A stretch of DNA of 50,836 bases from Chthoniobacterales bacterium (GCA_044371145.1 JBILUI010000002.1:1-50836), one strand, 5' to 3'; shown: positions 32,115 to 42,566, counted from the stretch's first letter. Made by a program: numbers and translations. Notes: a model not told the origin generated them from the sequence alone.

Positions 32115-32153
32115 CCACCGAGCCTCTGTGTTCTCTGCGTGCTCTGTGGTTCC

Positions 32154-32546
32154 TTACAACGCGTGCTCTTTGAGCGCTTCAAGCGGCACGATGGATAGCG
32201 CAGCCTCGTTAGTCGCTTCGAGATTCACCTGCGGGGCTTTGCCTGCGGTGTAGGCCTCAAACCACCGGCCGGCACAGAGGCACCAGTGATCGCCGGGTTT
32301 CAGACCCGGAAAGTCGTATTGCGGCATGGGGGTGGAAAGGTCATTGCCGCGGGATTTGGAGAAAGTGAGGAAATCGGCCGTCATAACGGCGCAGACCGTG
32401 TGCGATCCGTGATCCTGCGCGCAAGTGTGGCAGTGGCCGTCACGAAAAAAGCCGGTCGCCGGATCGAAACTGCATGGCTTGAGCGCGCCGCCCAGGACAT
32501 TGCGCGCGGCCTGCGTCCCCTCGCCTGGCTCGAGATCGCGGATCAT
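32154..32546 (-). CDS. DUF2237-family protein
   Basis: NVLGGALKPCS.DP.TGFFRDGHCHT...D.G.HTVCAVMTADFLTFSKSRGNDL....P.....L.PGD.WCLCA.RW. Confidence 0.8.
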   Translation of the reverse strand: MIRDLEPGEGTQAARNVLGGALKPCSFDPATGFFRDGHCHTCAQDHGSHTVCAVMTADFLTFSKSRGNDLSTPMPQYDFPGLKPGDHWCLCAGRWFEAYTAGKAPQVNLEATNEAALSIVPLEALKEHAL

Positions 32547-32547
32547 G

Positions 32548-33519
32548 TCACCAACCAAGAATGAGGGCGAACATGAGCGGCGCGACGATCGTGGCATCCG
32601 ACTCGATGATGTATTTCGGCGTGTGCGCTTCCAGCTTTCCCCAGGTGATTTTTTCGTTGGGCACGGCGCCGGAGTAGGATCCGTAACTCGTGGTCGAATC
32701 GCTGATCTGGCAGAAGTAGGCCCAGACGGGAATGTTTTCCAACTGCAGGTCCTGATGCAGCATGGGCACAACGCAGATGGGAAAATCCCCGGCAATGCCG
32801 CCGCCGATCTGGAAGAAGCCGACCGGTGTGGGTGAGGCCTTTTGATACCAGTCGGCCAGATACATCATGTATTCGATGCCGGTGCGGACGGTGTGGACGT
32901 TTTTGATTTCCCCGGTGATGACGTGCGAGGCATACATGTTCCCCATGGTGGAGTCTTCCCATCCGGGAACGATGATCGGGATGTTTTTCTCCATCGCGGC
33001 GATGACCCATGAGTTCTTCGGGTCGATTTGGTAATACTGCTTGAGCTTGCCGGACTTGATCGTGCGCCACATGAACTCGTGCGGGAAATAGCGCTCGCCC
33101 GCGGCGTCGGCGGCCATCCATTCCTCCAGCACAGCTTTCTCGAGGCGCCGCATGGCCTCCATTTCGGGAATGCAGGTGTCGGTGACACGGTTCATGTGCC
33201 GGTCGAGCAACGCCTGCTCGTCGGCCGGCGTGAGATCGCGGTAGTTCGGAACCCGCTCGTAGTAGTCGTGCGCCACGAGATTGAAGATGTCCTCCTCCAG
33301 ATTGGCCCCGGTGCAGGAGATGATGCTGACCTTGTCGCGGCGGATCATCTCGGCGAGCGAGAGCCCCAGTTCGCCCGTGCTCATCGCCCCAGCCAGCGAG
33401 ACGAGCATCTTGCCGCCGCTGTCGATCAGCTTGCTGTAGCCGTCGGCACCGTCAACCAGGGCGGCGGCATTAAAGTGACGGTAGTGGTGACGGATGAAGT
33501 CGGAGACGGGTTTGCTCAT
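32548..33519 (-). CDS. Deoxyhypusine synthase-like protein
   Basis: 323 aa. LAGAMSTGELG, IISCTGANLEEDIFN, and the ...FFQIGGGIAGDFPIC pattern of the DHS/homospermidine-synthase-like family. Confidence 0.8.
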   Translation of the reverse strand: MSKPVSDFIRHHYRHFNAAALVDGADGYSKLIDSGGKMLVSLAGAMSTGELGLSLAEMIRRDKVSIISCTGANLEEDIFNLVAHDYYERVPNYRDLTPADEQALLDRHMNRVTDTCIPEMEAMRRLEKAVLEEWMAADAAGERYFPHEFMWRTIKSGKLKQYYQIDPKNSWVIAAMEKNIPIIVPGWEDSTMGNMYASHVITGEIKNVHTVRTGIEYMMYLADWYQKASPTPVGFFQIGGGIAGDFPICVVPMLHQDLQLENIPVWAYFCQISDSTTSYGSYSGAVPNEKITWGKLEAHTPKYIIESDATIVAPLMFALILGW

Positions 33520-33522
33520 AGA

Positions 33523-34590
33523 TCAGACTTTGACGTGAAAGGATTCGCCCGGTTTGACCGAGCGGCAGAAGGCGGCGAGCAATCTGGCCATCGCGGCCAG
33601 ATCGTCAAGGTCGATCACTTCGACTGGCGAGTGCATGTAGCGGTTGGGCAGACCTAGCGACGCGGTCGGGATGCCACCGCGCTGAAGGAAGAAAGCATCG
33701 GCATCGGTGCCGGTGCGGCGCGGGTTGGCCTCGCGTTGGACCGGAATCTTTTCCTTCGCGGCGACATCGAGGAGGCGCTGGACGACCAAGGGATGGTTCG
33801 AGCTGCCAAAGGAAATCACCGGGCCTCTTCCGAGACGGACGTCGCCATGTTTCGGCTTGGAGCAGTTCGGGATATCGGTTCCGTGGGTCACGTCCACGAC
33901 GAGGGCAATATCCGGTTTGAGCGAGTATGCGGCCATCGTCGCACCGTAGAGTCCATTTTCTTCCTGCACGGTGGAAACAGCGGTTACGCAGACCGCAGGT
34001 TTCTTCGCGGCGAGCTGGCGCAGGGCTTCGCCCGCCGACCACACGCCGATGCGGTTGTCGCACCCACGGGCGGACACGCGGTTGTTTTGCAAACGCTCGA
34101 AGCCGTCGGCGTAAGTGATCGAGTCCCCCACCCGCACGAGCTTTTCCGCCTCGGACTTCGAACCTGCACCGATGTCGATATACATTTCGTGGAGTTCGGG
34201 AACCTTTTTGCGGTCCTCCGGCTCCTGCATGTGGATGGCCAGCGATCCGGTCACGCCAGAGATGGTGCCCTTTGGTCCATGGACATGGACGCGTTGTCCG
34301 CGGAACAGCGCGCGGTCGATGCCGCCGATACCCTGAACGAAAAGGAAGCCGTCCTCGTTGATGTGCGACACCATGAAGCCGAGTTCGTCGATGTGCCCGG
34401 CGAGGACGATGTGTGGCGCCTTTTCCGGATTGCCAAGGCGCGCGAAAGCGTTGCCGTAGGCATCGGTCGAGAATGCATCGCAGTGCGGCTTGACGTAGTC
34501 CGCAAACACGCGCTGCGCGCCGGTCTCGAAACCGGACGGCGACGGCGTGGCGATGAGGTTTTCCAAAAACTCGAGCGGGGCCTTATCCAC
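33523..34590 (-). CDS. M42-family metallopeptidase (aminopeptidase/endoglucanase-like)
   Basis: LENLIATPSPSGFE, LAGHIDELGFMV, GCDNRIG, VQEENGLYGA, PNRYMHSP. GTG at 34590 is preferred. The track start at 34665 would leave only 5 nt to the divergent MATE gene. Confidence 0.8.
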   Translation of the reverse strand: MDKAPLEFLENLIATPSPSGFETGAQRVFADYVKPHCDAFSTDAYGNAFARLGNPEKAPHIVLAGHIDELGFMVSHINEDGFLFVQGIGGIDRALFRGQRVHVHGPKGTISGVTGSLAIHMQEPEDRKKVPELHEMYIDIGAGSKSEAEKLVRVGDSITYADGFERLQNNRVSARGCDNRIGVWSAGEALRQLAAKKPAVCVTAVSTVQEENGLYGATMAAYSLKPDIALVVDVTHGTDIPNCSKPKHGDVRLGRGPVISFGSSNHPLVVQRLLDVAAKEKIPVQREANPRRTGTDADAFFLQRGGIPTASLGLPNRYMHSPVEVIDLDDLAAMARLLAAFCRSVKPGESFHVKV

Positions 34591-34670
34591 GCAGGCACTA
34601 TGCAAACCGCAGGCGGCGGGGGCAAGAACTCGACGGAGGAAAATCCCTCGGGCACGATGCGCCACTCTCG

Positions 34671-36002
34671 ATGAGCTTCGCCCGCGCCACTGTCCGTGAA
34701 CTGCGCCCGACCATGCGTCTGGCGGCCCCGATCGCGGCGGGCCAGGTCGGTCAGATGCTCATGGGCGTGACCGACACGATCATGGTCGGCCAGGTCGGCA
34801 CGCTTGCCCTGGCCGCCTGCGCGTTCAGCAACAACGTGCTGATGATTGCCGCAATCGTGGGCTATGGAGTGCTCACCGCGGTATCGGTGCGGGTCGCCCA
34901 CGCGCACGGCGCGGGAACACAGCATGCCATGGCGCGGGCATATTACGCAGGGGCAGGCCTGTCGGTAATCGGCGGAATCCTCTGCGCGGCGGGCATGTAT
35001 CTTTTCTATCCGCTCTTCCATCATCTCGGGCAGGCGCCCGGCGTGGTCGAGGAGGCGGAGGCCTACACGATTATCGTGACGTGGTCATTGATCCCGGCGT
35101 GGCTCATCGCGACGGCGCGGAACTACTTGGACAGCCAGTCGCGTCCATGGCCCTCGTTCTGGATCACGCTCGCGGGTGTCCTGCTCAATGTGCTTCTCAA
35201 CTGGATCCTGATCTTCGGAAACCTCGGTGCGCCAGCCTTGGGTTTGGCCGGGGCCGGTTGGGCCACATTGATCAGCCGCGTGGTCACGTTCGCCGCCCTC
35301 ACCTGGTTTTTGCTGGCCGGCAGCAGCGCGCCATCGGAGCGGTGGAGGCCGGATGCCGTGTGGTGGCGCGAGCAGTGGGCCATGTTGCGGCTTGGCATGC
35401 CCACCGGCCTGATGTTGCTGAGCGAAGTCGGAGCGTTCTCCGCGGCGGCCCTGCTTATCGGCCGTCTCGGCGCCGTGCCCTTGGCGGCACACCAAATCGC
35501 CATCACCTGTGCGTCCACCACATTCATGTTGCCCCTCGGCGTCGCCATGGCCTCGACGGTGCGGATCGGACAGGCGCTGGGCGGAGGGCGACGCGAATTG
35601 CTGCGCCCGATCGGCGCGGGCGCGTGGCTGATCGGCCTGGTTGTCATGGCGGCTTTCACCGTGATTCTGGTTGCCGCGGGTCCGGCCATCGCGCGAGCGT
35701 TTGTCAGCGATCCCAAAGTAATCGTCATCGCGGCGCAGTTGCTCGTCATCGCGGGTGTTTTTCAGCTGGTCGACGGCGTGCAGGTCATTGGTTCGGGACT
35801 GCTGCGAGGTCTGCACGACACCAAAGTCCCGATGTGGATCAACCTGATTGCCTACTGGGTCATCGCCCTTCCTTTGGGCGGATGGCTGACTTTCGCGCGC
35901 GGCGAAGGCGCGGCGGGAATGTGGGTAGGTTTGGCGTGGGGGATTGCTTTAGCCTCTGTGTTGCTGGTGTTGCGGTTTTGGACCAAGACCAAAACCGACT
36001 AA
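34671..36002 (+). CDS. MATE-family efflux transporter
   Basis: 443 aa and 12 predicted TM segments. LAAPIAAGQVGQMLMGVTDTIMVG and ...GLLRGLHDTKVPM motifs. Confidence 0.9.
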   Translation: MSFARATVRELRPTMRLAAPIAAGQVGQMLMGVTDTIMVGQVGTLALAACAFSNNVLMIAAIVGYGVLTAVSVRVAHAHGAGTQHAMARAYYAGAGLSVIGGILCAAGMYLFYPLFHHLGQAPGVVEEAEAYTIIVTWSLIPAWLIATARNYLDSQSRPWPSFWITLAGVLLNVLLNWILIFGNLGAPALGLAGAGWATLISRVVTFAALTWFLLAGSSAPSERWRPDAVWWREQWAMLRLGMPTGLMLLSEVGAFSAAALLIGRLGAVPLAAHQIAITCASTTFMLPLGVAMASTVRIGQALGGGRRELLRPIGAGAWLIGLVVMAAFTVILVAAGPAIARAFVSDPKVIVIAAQLLVIAGVFQLVDGVQVIGSGLLRGLHDTKVPMWINLIAYWVIALPLGGWLTFARGEGAAGMWVGLAWGIALASVLLVLRFWTKTKTD

Positions 36003-36008
36003 CCGGAC

Positions 36009-37163
36009 TCAGTGGCTCAACGCGTAGGCCAAGTGGGGCGTATAAAGCTTCGGTTCGAGCAAGAAGCTGTCGTGCCCTTTTTCCGAGTGCACCGTGAGGC
36101 GCAGATGTGACACGCCCGCCTTCTTCAACTCCGCACAAATCTCCGTCTGGTAGTCCGGATAAAAACAGCAATCGCTGTCGATTGTGAAGACGAGGTAATG
36201 CTGGTTTTGGCAACGGCCGAAGAGCGGTTGCCATCCGTTGTTTTTCGCTTCCTTGTAGAGATCGAATTGCTGCCATGCGTCGATGATGCGCAGGTAGCTG
36301 TTTGCGTCGAATCGCCTGACAAACTTCTGACCCTGATAGAGCATGTAGCTTTCCAGCGAACTGGAGAGTTTGTACCAAGGCAAATCCATCTCGGGCTGCA
36401 CGACGTCCACGCGGGCACGCTCCTCGATCACATCGGCCCAGAGGAAAGTTTTATGGCTGATCATCCGCGCCAGCGCGAGCCCATGGACCGGCCCCGGCGT
36501 GCCGTAGTAGTCCCCTCCCCGGAAATCCGGATCGCGCGTGATCGCGATGATCTGCTCGAGATTGTGCATTTGCTGCAGTCCGTGCGAGCGCAGGCCGGAT
36601 CCGATGGCGATGACATTGGCCACGCGGTCCGGATCATGAACCGCGAGGTCGAGGGCCATCATGCCTCCGAGCGAGGTTCCAACGACGGCGTGCAGTTTTT
36701 CGATGCCGAAATGATTCAGGAGCGGAAGTTGCGAGCGGACAATGTCGCGCACCGTGACGCGGGGAAAAGCTCCGCCCCAGGGCTTTTGTGTCGCCGGGTT
36801 GATCGAGGCAGGTCCGGTTGACCCGTAGCAACCGCCGAGGTAATTGGCGCAAATGACAAAATATTTCTTCGTGTCGAGCGCGCGGCCCGGTCCGATAAAA
36901 CCATCCCACCAGCCGGCGTGCATTTCCTCGGTCCAACGGTGGTCGGTGCCCGGAACCGAGTTGTTCGTTCCCGCGGCGTGCTGGCTGCCGCTCAAGGCGT
37001 GGAAAAGCAGAATGGCATTCGAGCGCTCGGCGTTAAGCTCACCGTAGGTCTCGTAGGCAATGGTCACGCCGGGCAAAGCCCCGTCCCCCGCGGTGACGAA
37101 GGGTTCGTCCGCACTGCCGAAGGTCAGAAACTGCGTTTCGACCTCGCCGACGCCTTTGCTCAT
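36009..37163 (-). CDS. metX: Homoserine O-acetyltransferase
   Basis: NAILLFHALSGS, GTSLGGMMAL (nucleophile elbow), ...S.KGHDSFLLE. Confidence 0.9.
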   Translation of the reverse strand: MSKGVGEVETQFLTFGSADEPFVTAGDGALPGVTIAYETYGELNAERSNAILLFHALSGSQHAAGTNNSVPGTDHRWTEEMHAGWWDGFIGPGRALDTKKYFVICANYLGGCYGSTGPASINPATQKPWGGAFPRVTVRDIVRSQLPLLNHFGIEKLHAVVGTSLGGMMALDLAVHDPDRVANVIAIGSGLRSHGLQQMHNLEQIIAITRDPDFRGGDYYGTPGPVHGLALARMISHKTFLWADVIEERARVDVVQPEMDLPWYKLSSSLESYMLYQGQKFVRRFDANSYLRIIDAWQQFDLYKEAKNNGWQPLFGRCQNQHYLVFTIDSDCCFYPDYQTEICAELKKAGVSHLRLTVHSEKGHDSFLLEPKLYTPHLAYALSH

Positions 37164-37174
37164 GTGATTCGTGA

Positions 37175-38461
37175 CTATTTCGCCGCGGCCAAGGCTTGGT
37201 CGATGTCCTCGATCAGGTCGGCCGGATCCTCGATGCCGACGGAGAGACGGATGAGTTCCGGCGTGATCCCCGCGCCGCGCTGCTGGTCCTCGTTGAGTTG
37301 GGAATGGGTCGTGGTGGCCGGATGAATGGCCAAGCTCTTGGCATCCCCGACATTGGCGAGATGCGAGAAGATCTTGAGCGACTCGATGAATTTCTTGCCG
37401 GCCGGCGCGCCGCCTTTGATCCCGAAAACGACCATGGATCCGCCTTTGCCGTGGAGATACTTTTTGTTCAGGTCGTAATACGGATCATCTTTGAGCCCGG
37501 GGAAACGGACCCATTCGACGTCCTTGTGCTTTTTGAGGTGCTCGGCGATGGCCAATGCGTTGGCGCAGTGCTTCTCCATGCGGAGCGGGAGCGTTTCGAT
37601 GCCTTGCAGGAAGAACCACGAATTGTCCGGAGCAATGCAGGCGCCAAGGTTGCGCAGCGGCACGGTGCGCATGCGCAGAATGAAGGCGAGCGGTGCGAGA
37701 GGCGGCGGCAGATCATGGCCCCAGCGCAGTCCGTGATAGCTGGTGTCCGGGTTATCGTAGAGCGGATGTTTCCCCGCGCCCCAGTTGAACCGTCCGCTAT
37801 CCACCACGACGCCACCGATGCCGGTGCCGTGCCCGCCGAACCATTTGGTCAGTGAGTGCACGACGATGTCCGCCCCGAAATCGAGCGGCTTGGTCAGGTA
37901 GGGCGTGGAGAATGTGGCGTCGACGATCAACGGAATGCCGTGGTCGTGGGCGACTTTGGCCACCTTCTCGAGATCGACGACTTCGAGGGCCGGATTCGAG
38001 ACCGTCTCGACGAAAAGCGCGCGCGTTTTGTCGTCGATCGCCTTGGCAAAGTTCTGAGGATCGTTCGAATCGACGAATTTTACCTTGATCCCGAGGGCGG
38101 GAAGGATGTCGTTGAATTGCGTGTAGGTCCCGCCGTAGAGATTGCGCGCGCTGACGATGTTGTCGCCGGCTGAGGCCAGGTTGATGATCGAATAGAAAAC
38201 GCCGGCCGTTCCGGAGGCGACCCCCAACCCTCCCATTTCCGGCGCGCCTTCGAGCAGCGCAACGCGCTTTTCCAACACATCAGTCGTCGGATTCATCAGC
38301 CGCGTGTAGATATTGCCCAGCTCGCGCAGCGCGAAGAGGTTCGCCGCGTGTTCGGTGCTCTTGAAGACGAAGGAACTGGTGCGGTAGATAGGCACCGCGC
38401 GGGATAGCGTTGTCGGATCGGGCTGCTGTCCGCCGTGAAGGCAAATGGTGTCGAATCTCAT
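37175..38461 (-). CDS. metY: O-acetylhomoserine aminocarboxypropyltransferase/sulfhydrylase
   Basis: [30 protein letters not shown] (PLP Lys), [12 protein letters not shown]. The start is set at Met 38461. Confidence 0.9.
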   Translation of the reverse strand: MRFDTICLHGGQQPDPTTLSRAVPIYRTSSFVFKSTEHAANLFALRELGNIYTRLMNPTTDVLEKRVALLEGAPEMGGLGVASGTAGVFYSIINLASAGDNIVSARNLYGGTYTQFNDILPALGIKVKFVDSNDPQNFAKAIDDKTRALFVETVSNPALEVVDLEKVAKVAHDHGIPLIVDATFSTPYLTKPLDFGADIVVHSLTKWFGGHGTGIGGVVVDSGRFNWGAGKHPLYDNPDTSYHGLRWGHDLPPPLAPLAFILRMRTVPLRNLGACIAPDNSWFFLQGIETLPLRMEKHCANALAIAEHLKKHKDVEWVRFPGLKDDPYYDLNKKYLHGKGGSMVVFGIKGGAPAGKKFIESLKIFSHLANVGDAKSLAIHPATTTHSQLNEDQQRGAGITPELIRLSVGIEDPADLIEDIDQALAAAK

Positions 38462-38542
38462 GGCTTCTGTGTGGTTTGAGTGAAGGGAGATAGTTTCCCC
38501 TGCAACGCTCAAGTCAACCGCAAAGGCGGGTATGACGCTGGT

Positions 38543-39295
38543 TTACTTGAGGTATTTGAAGCTGCCCTTCGGAGCGAAACGTCCAATGTTCGCCTGAGGA
38601 GCAGAGGCGTCACGAGTCGAGGGATCCATGGGGACAAAACCAGCAGAGCCGTCGGCAAAAGAAACCATGGCTTGCCCATTGTGACGGAAGTGGACGGTAA
38701 CTTGGCGCTCGTCGATTCCGTAGAATTCTTCGATATAGTTTTTGTCGAACGGGTAAACTTGGGCCGAGGTGGCGAACACGACCGTAGAAGCGGGATTCGT
38801 CAAATCCCAATAGCGAAGCGGCTTTTTCGCTTTCGGGCTTGTTCCGGTGACCCAGCCATTGGCAATCACCGCGTTGTAACCGGCGCCGATGTAGCCGAAC
38901 CGATATTTCGGTTTGAAGGGCTTGCCAGCGGTTCGCAGGCTGGGATCAGGCATCATGCGGCGCGGCATGTAATTGGCAAGCGGCCCCTTGGTCATGTCGA
39001 TTTCGCGTTCTCCTTCCGGCTTGCCTTTGCTTGAGGACGGCTCCAACCCGAACCACCACACATCGCCTTCTTTGCTCTTCTGCAGAAAAGGCCAGAACCT
39101 GTAATTGTTTTCCCCGAGGTAAGCGGCGCCCCCGGCGGCTAGTTGCCGGATGTTGCCGGCCGAGACGGCAAGCGAAGATGTCCGCATCACCGAGACGCCC
39201 GCTGGCACCGCCACGGCGGCGAGCACGATGATCACCGCCACCGCGACAAGGAGTTCGACCATGGAGAAGGCCGCTCTTTTCGCGCGTGTTCTCAC
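38543..39295 (-). CDS. Prepilin-type N-terminal cleavage/methylation domain protein of the H-X9-DG (DUF1559-like) family
   Basis: AFSMVELLVAVAVIIVLAAV is a pilin-like N-terminus. HNGQAMVSFADG is an exact H-X9-DG. GTG start at 39295, overlapping the upstream stop (GTGA). Confidence 0.75.
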   Translation of the reverse strand: MRTRAKRAAFSMVELLVAVAVIIVLAAVAVPAGVSVMRTSSLAVSAGNIRQLAAGGAAYLGENNYRFWPFLQKSKEGDVWWFGLEPSSSKGKPEGEREIDMTKGPLANYMPRRMMPDPSLRTAGKPFKPKYRFGYIGAGYNAVIANGWVTGTSPKAKKPLRYWDLTNPASTVVFATSAQVYPFDKNYIEEFYGIDERQVTVHFRHNGQAMVSFADGSAGFVPMDPSTRDASAPQANIGRFAPKGSFKYLK

Positions 39296-39963
39296 GATTG
39301 GACGGCCAGCTTTCTCCATAGGACGGCACAGGCTCCACCCAGAACGAGCAGCGCGGCCGTCCCTGGCTCGGGGACCGCAGCCACCGGTTGGGCAAAAGTG
39401 CGGGGGTCGGCGGCACCATCGCTCTGCACAAAGCCGATCCACACTCCGTTGGTCAGCGAGATATCAGACATTCCCACCTGCGCCTGGGCAAACGAGCCGC
39501 CCCAAAGCCCGGCGCTGTTGAGCGAATAAAGCGTGGGATACGTGCCGTCGACGAAGTAGGCATCTTCGATCAGCCTCGTTGCTTGCGTCCACGGCGCCGG
39601 CAGTCCGCTTTGATTATAGGCGATGGTGTTGACGAAATAACCGCCGAAGCCGGAGAAGAAACTGGCATCAACCGATAGCCTCGGGTCCGAACCCGCAAGG
39701 GGCGAAGGTGCAGTAGTTCCGGTCACCGTGATCGTCCCAGCGAGCGCGAACAACATCGACGCCGCCGTGGAGGGTCCGTTCCAACGATAGCCCCACGCAA
39801 CGGAAGCGGGTGTCGAGGGACCACCAAACTCGAGGACAAGGGCAGCGCTGTTTGTGCCGGCGCCCGTCCAATATTGGATATTGCTGAAGGAGTTGACCGT
39901 GATCAGTGAGGACCACGCCGTGAGTGGCGCTGCGAGCAGCAGGGCCAGGAGTGTTTTTTTCAT
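39292..39963 (-). CDS. PEP-CTERM sorting-domain protein
   Basis: Signal peptide MKKTLLALLLAAPLTAWS. C-terminal VPEPGTAALLVLGGACAVLWRK (PEP motif, TM segment and basic tail). Confidence 0.8.
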   Translation of the reverse strand: MKKTLLALLLAAPLTAWSSLITVNSFSNIQYWTGAGTNSAALVLEFGGPSTPASVAWGYRWNGPSTAASMLFALAGTITVTGTTAPSPLAGSDPRLSVDASFFSGFGGYFVNTIAYNQSGLPAPWTQATRLIEDAYFVDGTYPTLYSLNSAGLWGGSFAQAQVGMSDISLTNGVWIGFVQSDGAADPRTFAQPVAAVPEPGTAALLVLGGACAVLWRKLAVQS

Positions 39964-40332
39964 CAGTCGTCTTTCTTGTTTGGTGGCAAGAGAGACCCTG
40001 ATGGCGCTTCCGGAGAAAAGCGTGCAGCAGAGACCACTCCCGCACGCTTCATTTTTGCGATGAAGTTTTTTCGCCCGCGGCCACCCGGCCGCGCGCGCGT
40101 CGAGGACCGGCAAGAAAGGTATTCGGACTCCCGGTTTGTGAACGCCGAAGCGCTCGCCTCTCCCCTCGCCTTCATCCGAATCACACCGGACTGGCTTTGC
40201 TTCCGCTTGCGCGGAATGGAGGATTGTTACCGGATACCGCAGCGCAACTGTGGCCGGATCTCACGGCCTTCCCTTGGCTTGCTGGTCGGTCTCACCCGGC
40301 CAAGCCGGATGTTGATCATGCAAAAGAACTAG

Positions 40333-40668
40333 GTGGGTTTTTTAGAACTTCGCGGATGGAGCGTCAATCCCCTTGCCAAAAAATCGTGGACCGCCCTCAA
40401 TGTTTTCATGCGCAACCTGCACGCTTGGACCCACCGGACAGAAGAAGGAGATAAGCGGGAGGTGCGCGCGGTCAAGAATCAGGGACGATGGAAGTTGCAG
40501 TCCAAGCTGAAACACGAGGAGGACTGGACCTATCACGAAAAGCCAGAGCGTTCGGATCTTGCGGAATTGCGCGATATTTTGTGGCGCAAATACCAGCGTC
40601 GCCGCGCCTCGCACGAGGACGTGTTGCTCGCCGACAAAATGCTGGCGGAGTTGGATCCGGCCGAATGA
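40333..40668 (+). CDS. Hypothetical protein
   Basis: ORF only, with a possible start at Met 40408. Charged, with no recognised motif. Confidence 0.3.
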   Translation: MGFLELRGWSVNPLAKKSWTALNVFMRNLHAWTHRTEEGDKREVRAVKNQGRWKLQSKLKHEEDWTYHEKPERSDLAELRDILWRKYQRRRASHEDVLLADKMLAELDPAE

Positions 40669-40681
40669 TCGGGGCGCGGCC

Positions 40682-41485
40682 CTACTTCTTCTTCTGCGCC
40701 TCGCGGTATTGGATGTAGCTGGTGCGCGCCGCGATGTAGGGATCGAGCGAGTCTTTGGTCGCCGCGTCGTAGCGGTCCATCTGATCGGGCACGCCGTGGG
40801 CGCCAGAGGGAGCAGAAACCGCGGTCGTCCAGCCCGCGCCGCCGAAGAGAAATCCCAACCAGGCAATGGGATTAAGGGCGGTATCGCCGGCCGTGCCGAC
40901 CAGATCCCGGCAACTGGTCGGTCCGAGCACCGGAAACACAAGATACGGACCATGGGGAACGCCCCATTTGGCGAAGGTCTGGCCGGTGTCAGCCTTGGGT
41001 ACATCAGCGAGCGCAGGGATTTTGTCCGCGGGCTTCATCAGGCCCCCAACCCCGGCGGTGGTATTGACCACAAATCGCCCGGTCTCCTGCGCCGTGCGGT
41101 CGAGCCGCCCCTGCAGCGTGTGGTTCACAAACCGCACAGGAAAGCGGACATTGTCGTAGGCGTTGCGAATGCCTTTGCGGACGATGTCCGGGAAAACGAA
41201 TTTGTAGGCAGCGGAGAAAGGCTTGGCTACGTATCGGTAGAGTTGATGATTGAACCAGAACACGCCGCGGTTCACCGGCTCGATCGGATCGGAAACTTTC
41301 ACGTCGGCCACATTGTCCCAGTCGTCGTCGGACGCGCTCGCCGTCGTCTTGCCGTCGCTGGCCGCCTGCGCGCTCTTCCCGGTCGGAGCAGGCTGCTCGC
41401 GGTCCTTGTCGCGGCCCTTGCCCGCACAGCCGACGAGAAGCAAAAAACTCGCGCACGCGAGAAGACAAAAGACGCGCATGATCAC
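40682..41485 (-). CDS. mlaA: MlaA/VacJ-family lipoprotein
   Basis: Lipobox LLLVGC. DPIEPVNRGVFWFN, VVNTTAGVGGL..., GPYLVFPVLGP. Confidence 0.85.
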   Translation of the reverse strand: MIMRVFCLLACASFLLLVGCAGKGRDKDREQPAPTGKSAQAASDGKTTASASDDDWDNVADVKVSDPIEPVNRGVFWFNHQLYRYVAKPFSAAYKFVFPDIVRKGIRNAYDNVRFPVRFVNHTLQGRLDRTAQETGRFVVNTTAGVGGLMKPADKIPALADVPKADTGQTFAKWGVPHGPYLVFPVLGPTSCRDLVGTAGDTALNPIAWLGFLFGGAGWTTAVSAPSGAHGVPDQMDRYDAATKDSLDPYIAARTSYIQYREAQKKK

Positions 41486-42060
41486 GTGTCAGCGACGGAT
41501 TTTTTCAACGAATCCATCACCGCGTTTACGCCGCCCCTTTTGAAAAGTTCGTCGAATTGCGCCCGGTAATTGGCAATGAGGCTGACGCCTTCCGCCAAGA
41601 TGTCGGTGATCAGCCATTTGCCGCGGTTTTCCATACGATAGACAATGCTGTAGCGGCTACCTTTGTAGAGCATCGAAGTGGGTATCTCGATTTTGCCCGC
41701 CCCCTGCGAGGAGCCCTTGAGATACTTAACTTCGGGTTCCTCTCCCGGGGTGAACTTGTTGCTGTAGCTGCGGATGATCAACTTGGTGAACAGCCTCGTC
41801 GCCTCGTCTTGCTGGGCCGGCGAAAATTCCCGCCATCCGGGACCTATGGCGCGGCGCGTCATGGATTCGAAGCAAACGCGACGTTCCAGGACAGGTTGCA
41901 ATTTGTCCGCCAGGGCGCGGCCGCCCTGCGAAGCGTTGGCCACGGTGACGGCTTCTTGCATCGCCTCGCGCAGAGTCGACTCCGGGTCGCTGGCACCGAA
42001 GGCCTGGAGGGGCATCGCGGCCAACGCAAGCAAGAGAGCCGTTTTTTTCAGAGTCATCAC
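41482..42060 (-). CDS. mlaC: MlaC/Ttg2D-family periplasmic lipid-binding protein
   Basis: Signal peptide, then ...FESMTRRAIGPGWREFSPAQQDEATRLFTKLIIRSYSNKF...WLITDILAEGVSLIANYRAQF. Confidence 0.8.
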   Translation of the reverse strand: MMTLKKTALLLALAAMPLQAFGASDPESTLREAMQEAVTVANASQGGRALADKLQPVLERRVCFESMTRRAIGPGWREFSPAQQDEATRLFTKLIIRSYSNKFTPGEEPEVKYLKGSSQGAGKIEIPTSMLYKGSRYSIVYRMENRGKWLITDILAEGVSLIANYRAQFDELFKRGGVNAVMDSLKKSVADT

Positions 42061-42566
42061 GGCTGGGAGTCGGCGGAAGCTGAGCCTTGCGCGTCCCCGG
42101 ACTGCGTTTGCTCGCCTTCCTTGACGCTGCCGAAGGCCATTTTGCTGATGAGCGACTCAAGTTCGACGGCTGACTCAGTCATGACGATACGTTCGGAAGG
42201 TTTGAGAAGAGATTCTTCGGCTCCGGGTGCCAAAGCAACAAATTTGTCCCCGATCAAACCCGAGGTTTTGATCGACGCCATGGTATCGGCAGGGAGTTGA
42301 ACCTCCCTCATGATGCTCATGTCGACGATGGCGCTGTAATCAGTCGGGTCGAGACGTATGCCCTCGACGCGCCCAACGGTGACGCCCCCAAGCATAACGG
42401 TGCTGCCTTTGTTGAGCCCGCCCGTGTTGGCGAAGCGCGCCTCGAGCGGATAGGTGTCCGCCGCGACGAAAGACCCCGTGCCGAGTTTGACCGTGAGGTA
42501 AACAATCGCGGCAAGCCCGAGAAGGACGAAAAGTCCCACACCGAATTCCAGTCGTTTGTCTGTCAT
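42057..42566 (-). CDS. mlaD: MlaD (MCE-domain) protein
   Basis: The start is set at MTDKRLEFGVGLFVLLGLAAIVYL. GLNKGSTVMLGGVTVGRV...SGLIGDKFVAL is the MCE core. The track ORF extension to 43217 is spurious. Confidence 0.85.
   Translation of the reverse strand: MTDKRLEFGVGLFVLLGLAAIVYLTVKLGTGSFVAADTYPLEARFANTGGLNKGSTVMLGGVTVGRVEGIRLDPTDYSAIVDMSIMREVQLPADTMASIKTSGLIGDKFVALAPGAEESLLKPSERIVMTESAVELESLISKMAFGSVKEGEQTQSGDAQGSASADSQP

Noticed and set aside
38462-38542. SAM riboswitch upstream of metY-metX
   Set aside because: The leader is only 81 nt. It can form one modest hairpin (TTGAGCG...CACTCAA). I cannot recognise SAM-I, SAM-II, SAM-V or SAM-SAH consensus elements by eye. An Rfam scan would be needed.
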